This document shows, piece after piece, positions 9,842-20,658 of a DNA stretch of 64,000 nt. The translations under genes and the position numbers were made by a program. The notes under the pieces were generated by a model. That model did no database searches, was not told the origin of the DNA, and saw only the letters and a list, made by a program, of their open reading frames with translations. Position 1 is the first letter of the stretch. The number at the start of each line of letters is the position of its first letter. This DNA is from a bacterium. GTDB taxonomy: Bacteria; UBA8248. The DNA is taken from NCBI GenBank assembly GCA_963692865.2, contig OY843592.1:1216001-1280000 (forward strand), read 5' to 3'.

Positions 9842-11443
9842 CTAGTCGAACACCGTGTCGTCGTAGTGCGCGGCGTCCACCACCGCCTCGATGACGGTCG
9901 GCCCCTCGGCGTCGAAGGCCTCCTTGAGCGCGCGCCCGAGTTCCTCCGGCGTTCGCGCGCCCACGGCGGGCACGCCGAAGTAGTGGGCGGGCGGCGCCTG
10001 GTATTCCTCCGCCTGGAGTTCGGTGCCGTAGCGGCCGTAATCGCGCCTGTCCTGCTTGACCTGGATGAGCGAGAGCCAGCGGTCGTCCAGCACGACGATG
10101 GGGATGGCGAGGCCCATCCTCTTGGCCACGGCCACCTCGCCGCACGTCATCTGGAAGCACCCGTCCCCGATGAGGGCGACGACGGGTTTATCCGGGTGTG
10201 CCAGTTTCGCGGCGATGGCCCCCGGCAGGCCGAAGCCCATCGAGGACCACCCGTTCGTGATGAGGAACGTGCGCGGGTCGTGCACGGTCCACTGGCTGGC
10301 TATCTGGTGCGTGTGCGCGCCCACGTCGAAGGAGAGGATTCCCTCCTTCGGCGTCGCCTCGCGCACCACGTCGATGGCCTCATGGGCCGCGAAGTGCGGA
10401 ACCGCAGGCCGCAGGGCCTTCTGGAATTTTTCCTTGTGGCGCAAGGCGGCGTCCGAGGGCCACTCGTAGCTGCCGGGCGTCATGTCGTTCATGCGCCTTA
10501 GAGAGGCGTCGAGGTCGCCCACCACCTCGTGCGCGATATCGACCGAAGCGTCCGCGTCCACCGGGTCGATGTCCACGCTTGCGAGGGGCGCGTCCTTGAT
10601 CCATTGCTCGTATTCCACCTCGACGACGTCGTAGCCGACCCCGAGGATCAGGTCCGCGCTTCTCAGGAACTCGCGCTGCACTTGGCGCTTGCCGCGTTCG
10701 ATGCACCCTATGGATAGCGGGTGGTCCTCGTCTATCATCCCCTTGGCCATGGTGGTCGTGGCGAAAGGAAGCTGGTGGCGGTCGATGAAGGCGCGCAGGA
10801 GGCCTGGGTTTTCCATCCGCATGGTCGTGGAGCCCAGAACGGCGACGGGCCGCTTTGCGCTTTGAAGCAAGGATTCGAGTTTGCCGAATGCGCTCTCGGG
10901 CGCCGGACGGTGGCGCTTTCCCTCGGGGATAGGCGGCGTATCCTCGGTGGCGGGCGCCAGCGATACGTCTTCGGGCAGGTCGAGATGGACGGGGCCGTGC
11001 GGCTCGCTCAAGGCGAGGCCCATCGCCTCTTCCAGCACGGAGGCGACGCGGCCTTTCCTGAGCGGGAGGCTCGCCTTGGAGATGGGCCGGTAGAGGGTGT
11101 GGTGGTCGATGTACATCTGGATGCGGCGCCCCAACTGGTGCGTGTGCAGGTTGCAGGTGAGGGCGATGAGCGGGGAGCGGTCCAGATAGGCGTTGCCCAC
11201 GCCGGTCGAGAGGTTGGTGGCGCCCGGCCCCAAGGTGGCGATGCAAAAGCCGGGCGCGCCCGTCAGGCGGCCCATCACGTCGGCGGCGAAGCTCGCGGAG
11301 CCCTCGTGCGCGGTGAGGACGAAGGTGATCCCCCCCTTGCGCATGGCCTCCAGCATGGGCAGCACGTTTCCGCTCGGGATGCCGAAGCAGTGCGTGACGC
11401 CCGCTTCCTTCATGGTCTTGACGATCAGGTCCGCGTTGTTCAT
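9842..11443 (-). CDS. Thiamine-pyrophosphate-dependent enzyme (acetolactate synthase large subunit-like)
   Basis: FGIPSG, HEGSASFAA, ATLGPGATN, GPVHLDLPED, SMGFGLPGAI, GDG TPP-binding motif. Confidence 0.9.
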   Translation of the reverse strand: MNNADLIVKTMKEAGVTHCFGIPSGNVLPMLEAMRKGGITFVLTAHEGSASFAADVMGRLTGAPGFCIATLGPGATNLSTGVGNAYLDRSPLIALTCNLHTHQLGRRIQMYIDHHTLYRPISKASLPLRKGRVASVLEEAMGLALSEPHGPVHLDLPEDVSLAPATEDTPPIPEGKRHRPAPESAFGKLESLLQSAKRPVAVLGSTTMRMENPGLLRAFIDRHQLPFATTTMAKGMIDEDHPLSIGCIERGKRQVQREFLRSADLILGVGYDVVEVEYEQWIKDAPLASVDIDPVDADASVDIAHEVVGDLDASLRRMNDMTPGSYEWPSDAALRHKEKFQKALRPAVPHFAAHEAIDVVREATPKEGILSFDVGAHTHQIASQWTVHDPRTFLITNGWSSMGFGLPGAIAAKLAHPDKPVVALIGDGCFQMTCGEVAVAKRMGLAIPIVVLDDRWLSLIQVKQDRRDYGRYGTELQAEEYQAPPAHYFGVPAVGARTPEELGRALKEAFDAEGPTVIEAVVDAAHYDDTVFD

Positions 11444-11458
11444 GGAAAATCTCCGGTA

Positions 11459-12502
11459 TCAGGATGACGAATGACGATAAATGTTGATGAGGTCCTTTAA
11501 CAAAGCCGCGGCCGCGCCGCGCGGGTCGCTCTTGCCGCCCACGACGGTGACGCGGTCCATCGTATCGCTCGTGTAGGTGATTCCCTTCTCCGCCCCGTCC
11601 ACGCCCGCCAGGGGGTGATCGGGCGGGAGAAGCTCGGGCGTGACGCGGGCCGAGACGCGCCCGGCCTCATCCCGCCTCGCGGCGCCCACCAGGCGCATGA
11701 TTTTGCCCTCTGCGCTCGCGCGCTGCACGTCGTCGAGAGTGATTCCGGCGATGCCCGTCCGCTCCACGTCTTCGGGCGTCAAGTCGGCATTCATGGAGAC
11801 GTTCGCGATGAGCGCGAGTTTGTTCGCCGTGTCGAAACCCTCCACGTCCAGCGTGGGGTCGGTCTCCGCGATGCCGAGCGCCTGCGCTTCGGCGAGCGCC
11901 TCCTCATAACTCTGGCCGTTTGTCCGCATGCGCGTGAGGATGAAATTCGTCGTCCCGTTCAGCACGCCCTCTATCCCGAGAATCTCTGCGCCCGCGAGAC
12001 AGGTCTCGGCCATGTCGATGGTCGGAAGGGCGGCGGCCGCGGCGGCGGATATTTTGAGGCTCAAATTTTTCTCCCGCGCCAGCCCGGTCAGTTCGCGCCA
12101 GGCGCGGATGAACGGCCCCTTGTTCGCGCTCACGACGTGGATGCCCCTCCCGAGCGCCTCACGGATGTGGCTCAAGGCGGGCTCGCCCGTGCGGATGTCG
12201 GTGGGCGTCGTCTCGATGAGTACGTCGGCCTGCGCCGAGCGGACGAGGTCGAGTCCTTGCCAGCTTGCCATAAGGTTCGGATGACCCGCGAAGCCGTCCT
12301 CTCGCTCGAAGGCGTCGGCGGTTTCTGCGGGGTCGAGTCCGCCGGGGCAATGCAGGCTTCCGTTCAACTCGCCCACGCCGACGAAGGCCGCTTCCAGGCC
12401 GTAAGCCGTCCGCATGTGTTCTGATTTTTCGTGGATGAGTCTCGCGAATTCGTGCCCCACGCGCCCGAACCCGCAAACGATCACTCTTGTTTTATCAGCC
12501 AA
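11459..12502 (-). CDS. hom: Homoserine dehydrogenase (short form without ACT domain)
   Basis: GFGRVG, HVVSANKGP, GVLNGTTNFIL, AQALGIAETDPTLDVEGFD. Confidence 0.85.
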   Translation of the reverse strand: MADKTRVIVCGFGRVGHEFARLIHEKSEHMRTAYGLEAAFVGVGELNGSLHCPGGLDPAETADAFEREDGFAGHPNLMASWQGLDLVRSAQADVLIETTPTDIRTGEPALSHIREALGRGIHVVSANKGPFIRAWRELTGLAREKNLSLKISAAAAAALPTIDMAETCLAGAEILGIEGVLNGTTNFILTRMRTNGQSYEEALAEAQALGIAETDPTLDVEGFDTANKLALIANVSMNADLTPEDVERTGIAGITLDDVQRASAEGKIMRLVGAARRDEAGRVSARVTPELLPPDHPLAGVDGAEKGITYTSDTMDRVTVVGGKSDPRGAAAALLKDLINIYRHSSS

Positions 12503-12687
12503 GCGTCATCCTTTTCGGTTGTTGATGCGGGATGCTCGGAATTCCCGCCCCTTCATGCCACGCCGGGCGGCGGGCGGTCAACCGGGTGTTTTCACGCGCC
12601 TCGTTGCCGAGCGGATGAAACTATGAGAAACCTTTTGCTCGTTCATGAACATGCGCTTTCAGGATTCATCTCGCGAAAGGGGAGAAG

Positions 12688-13653
12688 ATGCCGGAACTGG
12701 AACTCACGGCGGCGTTCGGGGATTATGACCGCACCAACATTCTCAAGACGGGCGCGGTTCGCCCGGAGGGCGTGAACCTCAGGGTGCTCTCCCTGCCGCC
12801 CACCGAGATTTTCTTCCGCATGTGCAGATACCAGGAGTTCGATCTGTCCGAAATGTCGATGGGCGCGCACATGTTCCTGCTCGGGCAGGGGGAGAGCCCC
12901 TTCGTGGGGATGCCCGCCTTTCCGAGCCGCGTCTTCCGGCACTCGATGGTCTACGCCAACGCCGATGCGGGCGTCGATGCGGTGGCGGACCTGAACGGCA
13001 AGCGGGTCGCGATACGCGAATGGGGGATGACGGCGGTGGTGTGGATCGTCGGCATTCTCGCGGAAGAGTACGGCCTCGACGTAAGCTCGGTGGACTGGGT
13101 GGCGGCCATCGAGCCGCGCGTGCCGATTCCCATGCCGCCCGGCGCAAGTATCCGCTATATGAAGCAAGGCCGGACGGTATCGAACATGCTCGAATCGGGC
13201 GAGGTGGACGGCGCGCTGATCCACCAGGTGCCCGAGTGCTTCGCCAAGGGCTCACCAAGCGTCAAGCGCCTCTTCCCGGACTACAAGGCCGCCGAGACGG
13301 CGTATTACAAGCGAACGGGCGTCCACCCCATGATGCACTGCGTCGTGCTGCGCAAGGACGTTCACGAACGAACCCCCTGGGCGCTCGGGTCCATCTACCA
13401 GGCCATGTGCGAGGCGCGCGAGAAGACGATGGCGCTTCTGAGCGACAACGGCGCGCTCTCGGCCATGATTCCGTTTCTGCCATCGGTGATGGACGAGACG
13501 CGCGAGATATTCGGCGATGATTTCTGGCCCTACGGGGTGGAGGCGAACCGCGCGTCGCTGGAGAAGCTCCTCTCCTACGCCCACGCGCAGGGCCTCACGC
13601 CCGGCCTGCTCGAAGTGGAGGAGCTCTTCGGCGAGAGCGTGCGGAACACGTAA
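12688..13653 (+). CDS. 4,5-dihydroxyphthalate decarboxylase-like / periplasmic-binding-fold protein
   Basis: GDYDRT, EIFFRM, FDLSEMS, FPSRVFRHS, DLNGKRV, DFWPYGVEANR. Confidence 0.75.
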   Translation: MPELELTAAFGDYDRTNILKTGAVRPEGVNLRVLSLPPTEIFFRMCRYQEFDLSEMSMGAHMFLLGQGESPFVGMPAFPSRVFRHSMVYANADAGVDAVADLNGKRVAIREWGMTAVVWIVGILAEEYGLDVSSVDWVAAIEPRVPIPMPPGASIRYMKQGRTVSNMLESGEVDGALIHQVPECFAKGSPSVKRLFPDYKAAETAYYKRTGVHPMMHCVVLRKDVHERTPWALGSIYQAMCEAREKTMALLSDNGALSAMIPFLPSVMDETREIFGDDFWPYGVEANRASLEKLLSYAHAQGLTPGLLEVEELFGESVRNT

Positions 13654-13704
13654 GCCGGCGCCACGGCGAGGGCGCGTTCCCCTCGTCCTGCGCCGCCGCA
13701 TACC

Positions 13705-13890
13705 GGCCTCACCCCGAGTAGCGGCGAAGCCGCGTATCGAAGGGCCTGTCCTGAGCTTGCCGAAGGTTTGACCCTACCTCCTCGGTCGGGTCAAACCCTC
13801 GATACGGCGCGCAAGCGCGCCTACTCGGGATGAGGGGAGGGGTGTTTCGGTCTCGAACCCCCCAACCTCCCTCGTCAAGGGGGCTTTCCT
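13705..13890. repeat. REP-like palindromic modules
   Basis: CCCGAGTAGCGGCGAAGCCGCGTATCGAAGG...CTCGATACGGCGCGCAAGCGCGCCTACTCGGGATGAG, plus a CCCCC..GTCAAGGGGG module. Confidence 0.6.
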
Positions 13891-14058
13891 TGATCGTCGC
13901 GCCCCCTTTTTGCGGGCTACGCCGCGCCTTGGCGGCGAATGTGTTGTCGTCATCGTCTTTCGCATCCGAAACTTGGAATCCCGCTGCCGGGTCATGTATA
14001 TAATTCCCATCATTTTTGGGTTTTGCTTCATACTTCCAAATCGCCCTCTCATGCGGAT

Positions 14059-17000
14059 ATGGAACTCCCCATGGCGTCGGTCCCCAAAATTCTCGTAACC
14101 GCTCCCTTCCACCATCTGGAATCTTCGCTCGCCTCTCGCGTGCGCGGCTTGGACCGCGGAGACCCGTTGGCGCACAGGCGCGTGGTCGTCATCTCGAACC
14201 GGCTGCGCGACCACGTCCAGGGCGTGCTCGCGCGCGCGGGCGGCTTCGCCGGGGTGGAGGTTCTGGGCATGATCGACCTGGCGCGCGAGATTGCCGAGCC
14301 GCAGCGCGCGCGGGCGGGACTCACGCGGGTTCATCCGGCCATCGCCGAAATCCTGGCGGAAGAAGCGTTCGAGCGCGCGCGGGGGGAGTTCGCCTTTTAT
14401 CGTCCCGGTTCCAGAGGATACGGAGAGAGCCTCTGCGCGACGCTGACCGACCTGGCCGAGGCGAATCTCTCGCCCGATGCCCTGAGGGAGCTTTCCGCGG
14501 AAATCCCCGGTCCCGACGCGGCGCGGATAATAAGGGATTTGGCGCTTCTGGCCGAGCGTTTCCAGCACAAGATGCGGGCGCGGAAATACTACGACCGCTC
14601 CTTGATGTTCCTGACGGCTTGCGAACGGGCGGAAGACGAACCCCCGCGCGTTCCCACCATCTTCTACGGCTTCGCCGAGATGAACGCGCTCCAGCGCAGG
14701 CTGGCGGCGGCCGTCTGCCGCGAGGCGGAGGCGCAAGCCCTGGTTCCCGCGCAAACGGGCGCGCCCGCGTGCGCTCATGCGCGGCCCTTGCTCGACTGGT
14801 TCGAGCGGCAAGGTTTCCGCAGAGAAGAAGCCGGGCCGCTTGCGCCGAGGCCGCTCTCGTGCCTGGCCGCGGCGCTCTTCGCAGGCCACGAAGCCGGGCC
14901 TCTTGCGGCGGACGCCCTGCGCGTCGTGGCCGCGCCGACGAGGGGCCGGGAGGCGTGGGAGGCCTGCCGGGAGATGCTGCGGGCGCGGGAGGATTACGAG
15001 AGCGATGACGAGATATGCGTCCTGATGACCGAGCGGGGCGGCTACCAGGAATTGTTCGAGGAGACGCTCCACACCCTCGATATTTCCCGCCGGACGGAAG
15101 AGAGGAATCCCTTATCCGAAGCGCCCGCGGCGCGGTTGTTTCTCCTCATGCTCCGCCTGCCTGTGGAGGGCTACCCGCGCGCGGAGTTGATGCGTTTTCT
15201 GGGTGAGGGAGGCTTCAGCGGCTCGCCGGGGTTTAAGGAGTCGGCGCGGCGATACGGATTCGAGGAACTCGCCGCCGACCCCGTCCTTGCCTCCAGATGG
15301 GAGTTTTTCTCGCGGAGCCTGCCTTACCTGAGAGGCGCGGACGCCTGGCTCTCGGCGCTCGATGACGCTCTGGAGGTGATGGGAGGAGGGGATGAGGAAT
15401 TTCCCGCCGCGTATTCCCTCGCCATGGCGGCCTCCGATGTTTTCCGGTTGATAGAGAAAATTCCGGCTGAGGGGCCGCCCTCCTCGTTCGTTCAATCGGC
15501 TCTGGAGGTCTTCTCGGAGACGACGAGCGGTTTGTCTGATGCAGAATCCGTGAGGGATGTGGTCTCTTCCCTGGCGGAGTTGGACGCGATTGCCGGCGAG
15601 GTGACGCGAGAGGCGTTCCATGCGCTTTGCGAGCGGTTTTTCGAGAAAACCGACCTGGGGGGGAACGAACCGGATGGAGGTCATCTGGCGAGCCTCTCCT
15701 CCATCCAGGGCGCGCGCGGCCTTTCCTTCGACGCCGTCGTGCTCTCGGGCCTGGGCGAGGGCCTGTTTCCGCCCCAGGGCAGCGAAGACCCGCTCCTGCC
15801 CGATTCCGCCCGCGAGGCGCTGAACCGCGCCGCGAAAGAGAGTTTCCCGGATAGGGAGATAGAGCTTCCGCTCAAGAAATCCAGGGAGAGCGAGGCGCGG
15901 TTTCAGTTGTGGACGATCCTTCAATCGGCGCGGGAACGCCTCATCCTCACGGCGACGAGCGCCGAGGACGGCATGGGGAACGAGGCGGCTTCTTTCCCCA
16001 GCATGTTCCTGCATTATCTGGCGGACGCCCTGGGGGAAGCGAGAGACGGCGCGTGGGGTCTTTTCTCGGGAGCGCGCAGCCGCACCGCCGCCGCGTCGTT
16101 GGATGCGGAGGCGATGTCGAGGAATCCAGCCCACCTGCGCGAGTACGATCTGGCGCGCATGGCGGAGCAGGTTGGCCGGCCGGAGGCGGGGGGTCTCTCC
16201 TGCATGGGCGGTTTTCCGGGGTTTCTCCGCAGACGGGCCGCCCTGGACGAGCGATGGCGGCGGGATGTCTTGACGGCGTTCGACGGGATGCTCGCCGCCC
16301 CCGATTTGCGCGAGGTCATCCGGGAGAGGGTTCACTCGCGCGCATGGCCGCTCGGCGTCACCTCGGTGGAGGTTTTCTTCGGGTGTCCTTACCGCTTCGT
16401 CAATCAGCACTTACACCGCAGCATGAAAAAGCGCGGGGAGCCCCTCCCCCCTTTCGTCATGGACGGGAGGCTCAGGGGGCAATTGACGCACCGGATTCTC
16501 GAACTCTTCCACCTTTGGCTCCGGGAGGAGAACCGGCCGCTTCACGCGCTGGATGAGGCGGCCGCGCAGGATGCGCTCCGCGAAGCGATTCGAGAGGCGA
16601 TGCGCGAGGAGGAGGATATGGCCGAGTCGCCGCCCCTGCCCGCGCTGCCCTGGGCGTTGCTGGAAGACGCGCTCTACCGGCGCCTGCGGGGCTATCTGGA
16701 GTTGATGCGCGCGGACGGATCGGGCCGGCTCCCGGTGGGCGTGGAGGAGAGGTTCGGGGGCAGGGGTTCGGAGCCTTTGCGCATATCCCTGGAAGCGGGG
16801 GAACTCGCCCTCAGCGGGCGGTTGGACCTGCTCGATCGAAACGAGGCGGGGGAATACCGCGTCGTCGATTTCAAGACCGTGAGAAGGGCGGACAGGGTCC
16901 CGGCTCGGAACAAGGTTCTCGACGGCGGCGAGAGTCTTCAGCTTCAGCTCTACGCGCGGCATCTGCGCGCGCGCTCCGGCGCCTTGCCGGAGGACGCCCC

Positions 17001-17283
17001 GGTGAGCGGCGCATACGTCTACGTCACCGAAGAAGAGGGCGTCGTGGAAAGAGCGCGTTCGCGGGAGGACCTCGAAGGCCGCATGGCGGACGTGGACGCG
17101 CTTTTGGATTATTTCCTCGCCTCGGCCGGGGAGGGGCGTTTTTTCCCGACGCCTTCGGACAACGGCTGCCGGTATTGTGACTACAAGCTCCTCTGCGGAC
17201 CCGACAGGGCCGAGCGCGCCGCGCGAAAGGAGGGGGCGCAGGGGGTGAGCGAGCTTCTGGCGCTCAAGGAGAGGGCCGAATGA
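14059..17283 (+). CDS. addB: AddB-like inactive helicase / PD-(D/E)XK nuclease subunit
   Basis: About 1070 aa; GARGLSFDAV, GCPYRF, LSGRLDLL...VVDFKT, LQLQLY, C-terminal CRYCDYKLLC (Fe-S staple); overlaps the start of addA. Confidence 0.75.
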   Translation: MELPMASVPKILVTAPFHHLESSLASRVRGLDRGDPLAHRRVVVISNRLRDHVQGVLARAGGFAGVEVLGMIDLAREIAEPQRARAGLTRVHPAIAEILAEEAFERARGEFAFYRPGSRGYGESLCATLTDLAEANLSPDALRELSAEIPGPDAARIIRDLALLAERFQHKMRARKYYDRSLMFLTACERAEDEPPRVPTIFYGFAEMNALQRRLAAAVCREAEAQALVPAQTGAPACAHARPLLDWFERQGFRREEAGPLAPRPLSCLAAALFAGHEAGPLAADALRVVAAPTRGREAWEACREMLRAREDYESDDEICVLMTERGGYQELFEETLHTLDISRRTEERNPLSEAPAARLFLLMLRLPVEGYPRAELMRFLGEGGFSGSPGFKESARRYGFEELAADPVLASRWEFFSRSLPYLRGADAWLSALDDALEVMGGGDEEFPAAYSLAMAASDVFRLIEKIPAEGPPSSFVQSALEVFSETTSGLSDAESVRDVVSSLAELDAIAGEVTREAFHALCERFFEKTDLGGNEPDGGHLASLSSIQGARGLSFDAVVLSGLGEGLFPPQGSEDPLLPDSAREALNRAAKESFPDREIELPLKKSRESEARFQLWTILQSARERLILTATSAEDGMGNEAASFPSMFLHYLADALGEARDGAWGLFSGARSRTAAASLDAEAMSRNPAHLREYDLARMAEQVGRPEAGGLSCMGGFPGFLRRRAALDERWRRDVLTAFDGMLAAPDLREVIRERVHSRAWPLGVTSVEVFFGCPYRFVNQHLHRSMKKRGEPLPPFVMDGRLRGQLTHRILELFHLWLREENRPLHALDEAAAQDALREAIREAMREEEDMAESPPLPALPWALLEDALYRRLRGYLELMRADGSGRLPVGVEERFGGRGSEPLRISLEAGELALSGRLDLLDRNEAGEYRVVDFKTVRRADRVPARNKVLDGGESLQLQLYARHLRARSGALPEDAPVSGAYVYVTEEEGVVERARSREDLEGRMADVDALLDYFLASAGEGRFFPTPSDNGCRYCDYKLLCGPDRAERAARKEGAQGVSELLALKERAE

Positions 17284-20200
17284 ACGCCCAGCCGCGAGAT
17301 CAGGCGCAGAGGGAGGAGGCCGCGACCTGGACGCGCGGCCCCGTTCTCGTCGAGGCGGGCGCGGGAACGGGCAAGACGACCCTGCTCGTGGAGAGGATCC
17401 TGCACCTGATTCGGGGCGAAGGCGCGCGTCTCGACGAGATAGCCGCCATCACCTTCACGCGCAAGGCGACGGCGGAGTTGAAAGCAAGGATTCGCCGCAG
17501 GATTCACGAGGCGGCCCGGGAGGAGCAAGACGCGGAAGCGGGAGCGCGGCTGCAGGATGCGCTGGAGAGCCTCGAATCCGCGCGCATCTCCACCATCCAC
17601 GGCTTCGCCTTGCGGATCCTGCGGGAGTTCTCCCTGGAGGCGGGGCTTCGGCCCGACATTGGGGACGTGGATGTAGTCGCGTACGAGGCGAGGCGCGACG
17701 CGGCCTGGCGCGACTGGCTTGCGGGGGCGCTGGACGGTGAAGACCCGCGGCTGCGCGATTTTCTCGAACTCGGCTTTCAGGCGGCCGATCTGGAGAAAAT
17801 CCGCGACGCCCTGCTCGCCCTGCCGGAGTTGAGGGCGCATTTCCCCCGCTCACGGGGCGCATCTCCCGATGAAGTGCGTGCGTCCATCAGAGAAGCGTTC
17901 GCCGCCTGGACGGATTTCGGGAATCGCCATTGCACGGATGAGACGGACAAGGCGTTTCAGCAACTCGGAGGAGCCGAAACCTGGCTGGAGGGACTCTCGG
18001 GGCTTTCGCAAACGGAACTGCTGCGCGAACTCTGGAATCCCGGCTTCAAGCTGAACAAGCGGACGGGTTCACTGGCGAATTGGGGCGATTCTACCGATGA
18101 GGGGAGAGAAAACCTCAAACGCTTTCGCAGTGAATATGAACGGTTCCTGCAAGAGGGCGCCGCGCTTATCGCCCATGAGATGCTCGCCGGTCTGGTTCCG
18201 CTCGTTCGGGACTTCGCCGGGTCCTTCGAGCGGGAAGCGCGCGAGGCGGGCCTGTTGTCGTATGACGACATGCTGTTCCTGGCGGCGAGGCTCGTCCGGG
18301 AGAACGTCTCCGTGCGGAGGAGAATCCGCGAGAGCGTCCGGCATTTCCTTGTCGATGAGTTCCAGGATACCGACCCCTTGCAGGTCGAGTTGATCTTCCT
18401 GCTCGCGGGAGCAGGAGACGCCGCCGACTGGCGCGAAATGCTGTTGGATGACGCCAAACTTTTCCTGGTGGGCGACCCCAAGCAGTCCATCTACCGCTTC
18501 CGCCGGGCGGACATCGCCATCTACCATGAAGTGAAGGAGAAAATCGAGGCTCTCCCGAATGGCCGCCTGCTGCATATCACGGAAAACTTCCGCAGCGCGC
18601 CCGGCGTGGTCGAGTTCGTGAACGGGGCGTTCTCGCGCGTCATCGCTCACGACTCGGAGAACCCCGACGTTCAGCCCGAATACGTCGAACTCGTTGCGCA
18701 TCGCGATGCCGCGGGCCCGGCCGTTTTCCTCATCAGGAAGAAAGAAGAGGGGGATGCGCCCGCCGAGGGCGGCAGGGTGAAAGAAGAAGACAGGCGCAAG
18801 GCCGAGGCCGCCCGCCTCGCCTCGGCGATTCGCGGGTTGGTGGAGAGGAAAGTAGAAATTACCGATAAAGAGGAGAACACGCGCCGCCCCGTCCATTACG
18901 GAGACGTGGCCGTGTTGTTCCGCGCGAGAACGGGCTACGCCTGGTTCGAGGACGCCTTTCGGGGCGCGGGCGTTCCGTTCGTAACCGACGGCGGGCGCGG
19001 GTTTTACGACAAGTTCGAGGTCGGCGCGGTCGTCTCGGTGCTGGCCACCGCGGCGCGGCCCGGCGACCCGCTCGCGCTGGCCGCCGCCCTGCGCTCTCCC
19101 TTGTACGGGTTCTCGGACGTGGATATCGCCCGCTGCTTCCTGAAAACGGGAGACCCGCCCGAGGAGTTGGGGGAGGCGATCCGGGAAATACATGAACTTC
19201 ACGAGGTGAAGAGAGATTCGAGCGCGCGCGCGGTTTTGGAGGAGATATACCGCCGCACAAGTGCGTTCGAGCTGTTCATGGCCTCATCGGGCGGGGAGCA
19301 GCGCGTCGCCAACCTGCAAAAGCTCCTGGACATGGCGCACGAGTTCGCCGGAGGCGGGAGACGGGGGGTGGACGCCTTCGCCGCGCATCTCGCGGCGCAG
19401 TACGAACGGGGGCGAGACGCCGGGGAGCCCGAGGCGTTTGTGGACGCCCATGAGGGCCGGGCGGTTCGGTTGATGAGCGTCCACCAGGCCAAGGGGCTGG
19501 AATTCCCCGTGGTCGCCCTCGCCGATTTGGAGGGAGGTAGCGGGCGGCATTCGGAGGCGTGGATTGCGAATCACAAAAAGGAAGACGAAGCGGTCGCCCT
19601 GCGCCTGGGTTCGAACCCCCGACTGCTCGAATCGGAAGGCTACGCGAGTGCGCTCGAACGCGAAAAAGAGTTCGGCGAAGCGGAGATAAAACGCCTTTGG
19701 TACGTGGCGGCGACGCGGGCGGAGGACTATCTGCTCTGGCCGGAGTCGGGCTTTCGCTTCCTGATGAGGGGCGCGGGTATGAGCGAAGAGGAGATGGGCG
19801 AAGTGATGCAGGCGGCCTCCGCTTCGGTCTTGGAGGTTTCGCCGGGCGAACCGGAACCTCCCGAACCCATCCTGCGCCTGGGGGACGAAGCGTTCCGTCC
19901 GGCGAACGGGGGTTCGGGGAGCGCCGCCGCGCGCCGCGCCGCCCAGGATGAGAAGCTCAAGCGCCTGAAAAAGCCCGTCGAAGCGCCGAAGCCGCTGGCC
20001 CCCAGCGGCCTCGTCGAAGGGTTCGACGGGGAGGAACCCCCGGCTTCGCCCGCGCCCTACGATGAGGATGCGCGCGAAGACCGGGAGGTTCACGCGGGCG
20101 GTGCGGCGTTCGGGAGTCTGGTTCATTCGATCCTCGCGCGGCTGGAGCCGCCGACGCCCGAGCGTCTGGAGAGTTTGAAAGAAGAGGGCGTCGCCTTCGC

Positions 20201-20621
20201 CCGCGCGCTCGGCTTGAATGAGGACGAAGATGACCTCGCCATGGAGTTGATTCGAAGCTCGATGGAGACGGGGGTGTTGGCGCGCGCGGCCTCGGCTTCT
20301 AAGCGTTGGCGGGAGCTTCCCTTCCTGTTCGAACTGGACGGGAGGGTGATACGGGGCGCCATCGATCTGGTGTTTGAAGAAGAGGGCAAGCTCGTGGTCG
20401 TGGACTTCAAGACGGACAGGGTCACCGAAGGTGAGGCGGAGGATAAGGCCTCGTTCTATGAGAACCAGGGAGCCGCCTACGTCATGGCGCTGGAGGCGGC
20501 GACCGGCCTCGAAGTCGGGGAACTGATGTTTTCCTTCCTGCGTCCGGGCGTCGATGTTTCCCGCCCCGTCGATGATGTGTTAAGAAAACGCCTACGAGAA
20601 GCCGTGGCGGGAGCGGAGTAG
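17280..20621 (+). CDS. addA: AddA-like UvrD/SF1A helicase-nuclease
   Basis: EAGAGTGKT, ITFTRKA, ISTIHGF, VDEFQDTD, VGDPKQSIYRFRRAD, NFRS, SVHQAKGLEFP, YVAATRA, GAIDLV...VDFKT. Confidence 0.85.
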   Translation: MNAQPRDQAQREEAATWTRGPVLVEAGAGTGKTTLLVERILHLIRGEGARLDEIAAITFTRKATAELKARIRRRIHEAAREEQDAEAGARLQDALESLESARISTIHGFALRILREFSLEAGLRPDIGDVDVVAYEARRDAAWRDWLAGALDGEDPRLRDFLELGFQAADLEKIRDALLALPELRAHFPRSRGASPDEVRASIREAFAAWTDFGNRHCTDETDKAFQQLGGAETWLEGLSGLSQTELLRELWNPGFKLNKRTGSLANWGDSTDEGRENLKRFRSEYERFLQEGAALIAHEMLAGLVPLVRDFAGSFEREAREAGLLSYDDMLFLAARLVRENVSVRRRIRESVRHFLVDEFQDTDPLQVELIFLLAGAGDAADWREMLLDDAKLFLVGDPKQSIYRFRRADIAIYHEVKEKIEALPNGRLLHITENFRSAPGVVEFVNGAFSRVIAHDSENPDVQPEYVELVAHRDAAGPAVFLIRKKEEGDAPAEGGRVKEEDRRKAEAARLASAIRGLVERKVEITDKEENTRRPVHYGDVAVLFRARTGYAWFEDAFRGAGVPFVTDGGRGFYDKFEVGAVVSVLATAARPGDPLALAAALRSPLYGFSDVDIARCFLKTGDPPEELGEAIREIHELHEVKRDSSARAVLEEIYRRTSAFELFMASSGGEQRVANLQKLLDMAHEFAGGGRRGVDAFAAHLAAQYERGRDAGEPEAFVDAHEGRAVRLMSVHQAKGLEFPVVALADLEGGSGRHSEAWIANHKKEDEAVALRLGSNPRLLESEGYASALEREKEFGEAEIKRLWYVAATRAEDYLLWPESGFRFLMRGAGMSEEEMGEVMQAASASVLEVSPGEPEPPEPILRLGDEAFRPANGGSGSAAARRAAQDEKLKRLKKPVEAPKPLAPSGLVEGFDGEEPPASPAPYDEDAREDREVHAGGAAFGSLVHSILARLEPPTPERLESLKEEGVAFARALGLNEDEDDLAMELIRSSMETGVLARAASASKRWRELPFLFELDGRVIRGAIDLVFEEEGKLVVVDFKTDRVTEGEAEDKASFYENQGAAYVMALEAATGLEVGELMFSFLRPGVDVSRPVDDVLRKRLREAVAGAE

Positions 20622-20658
20622 AGGCATTTACAAGGCTTCGCTCTGTTCTGCATGAATG

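Noticed and set aside
14059-20621. Helicase-nuclease pair as a novel defence or Cas4-like system
   Set aside because: Size, order and motifs fit ordinary AddAB recombination-repair genes with host-like GC.
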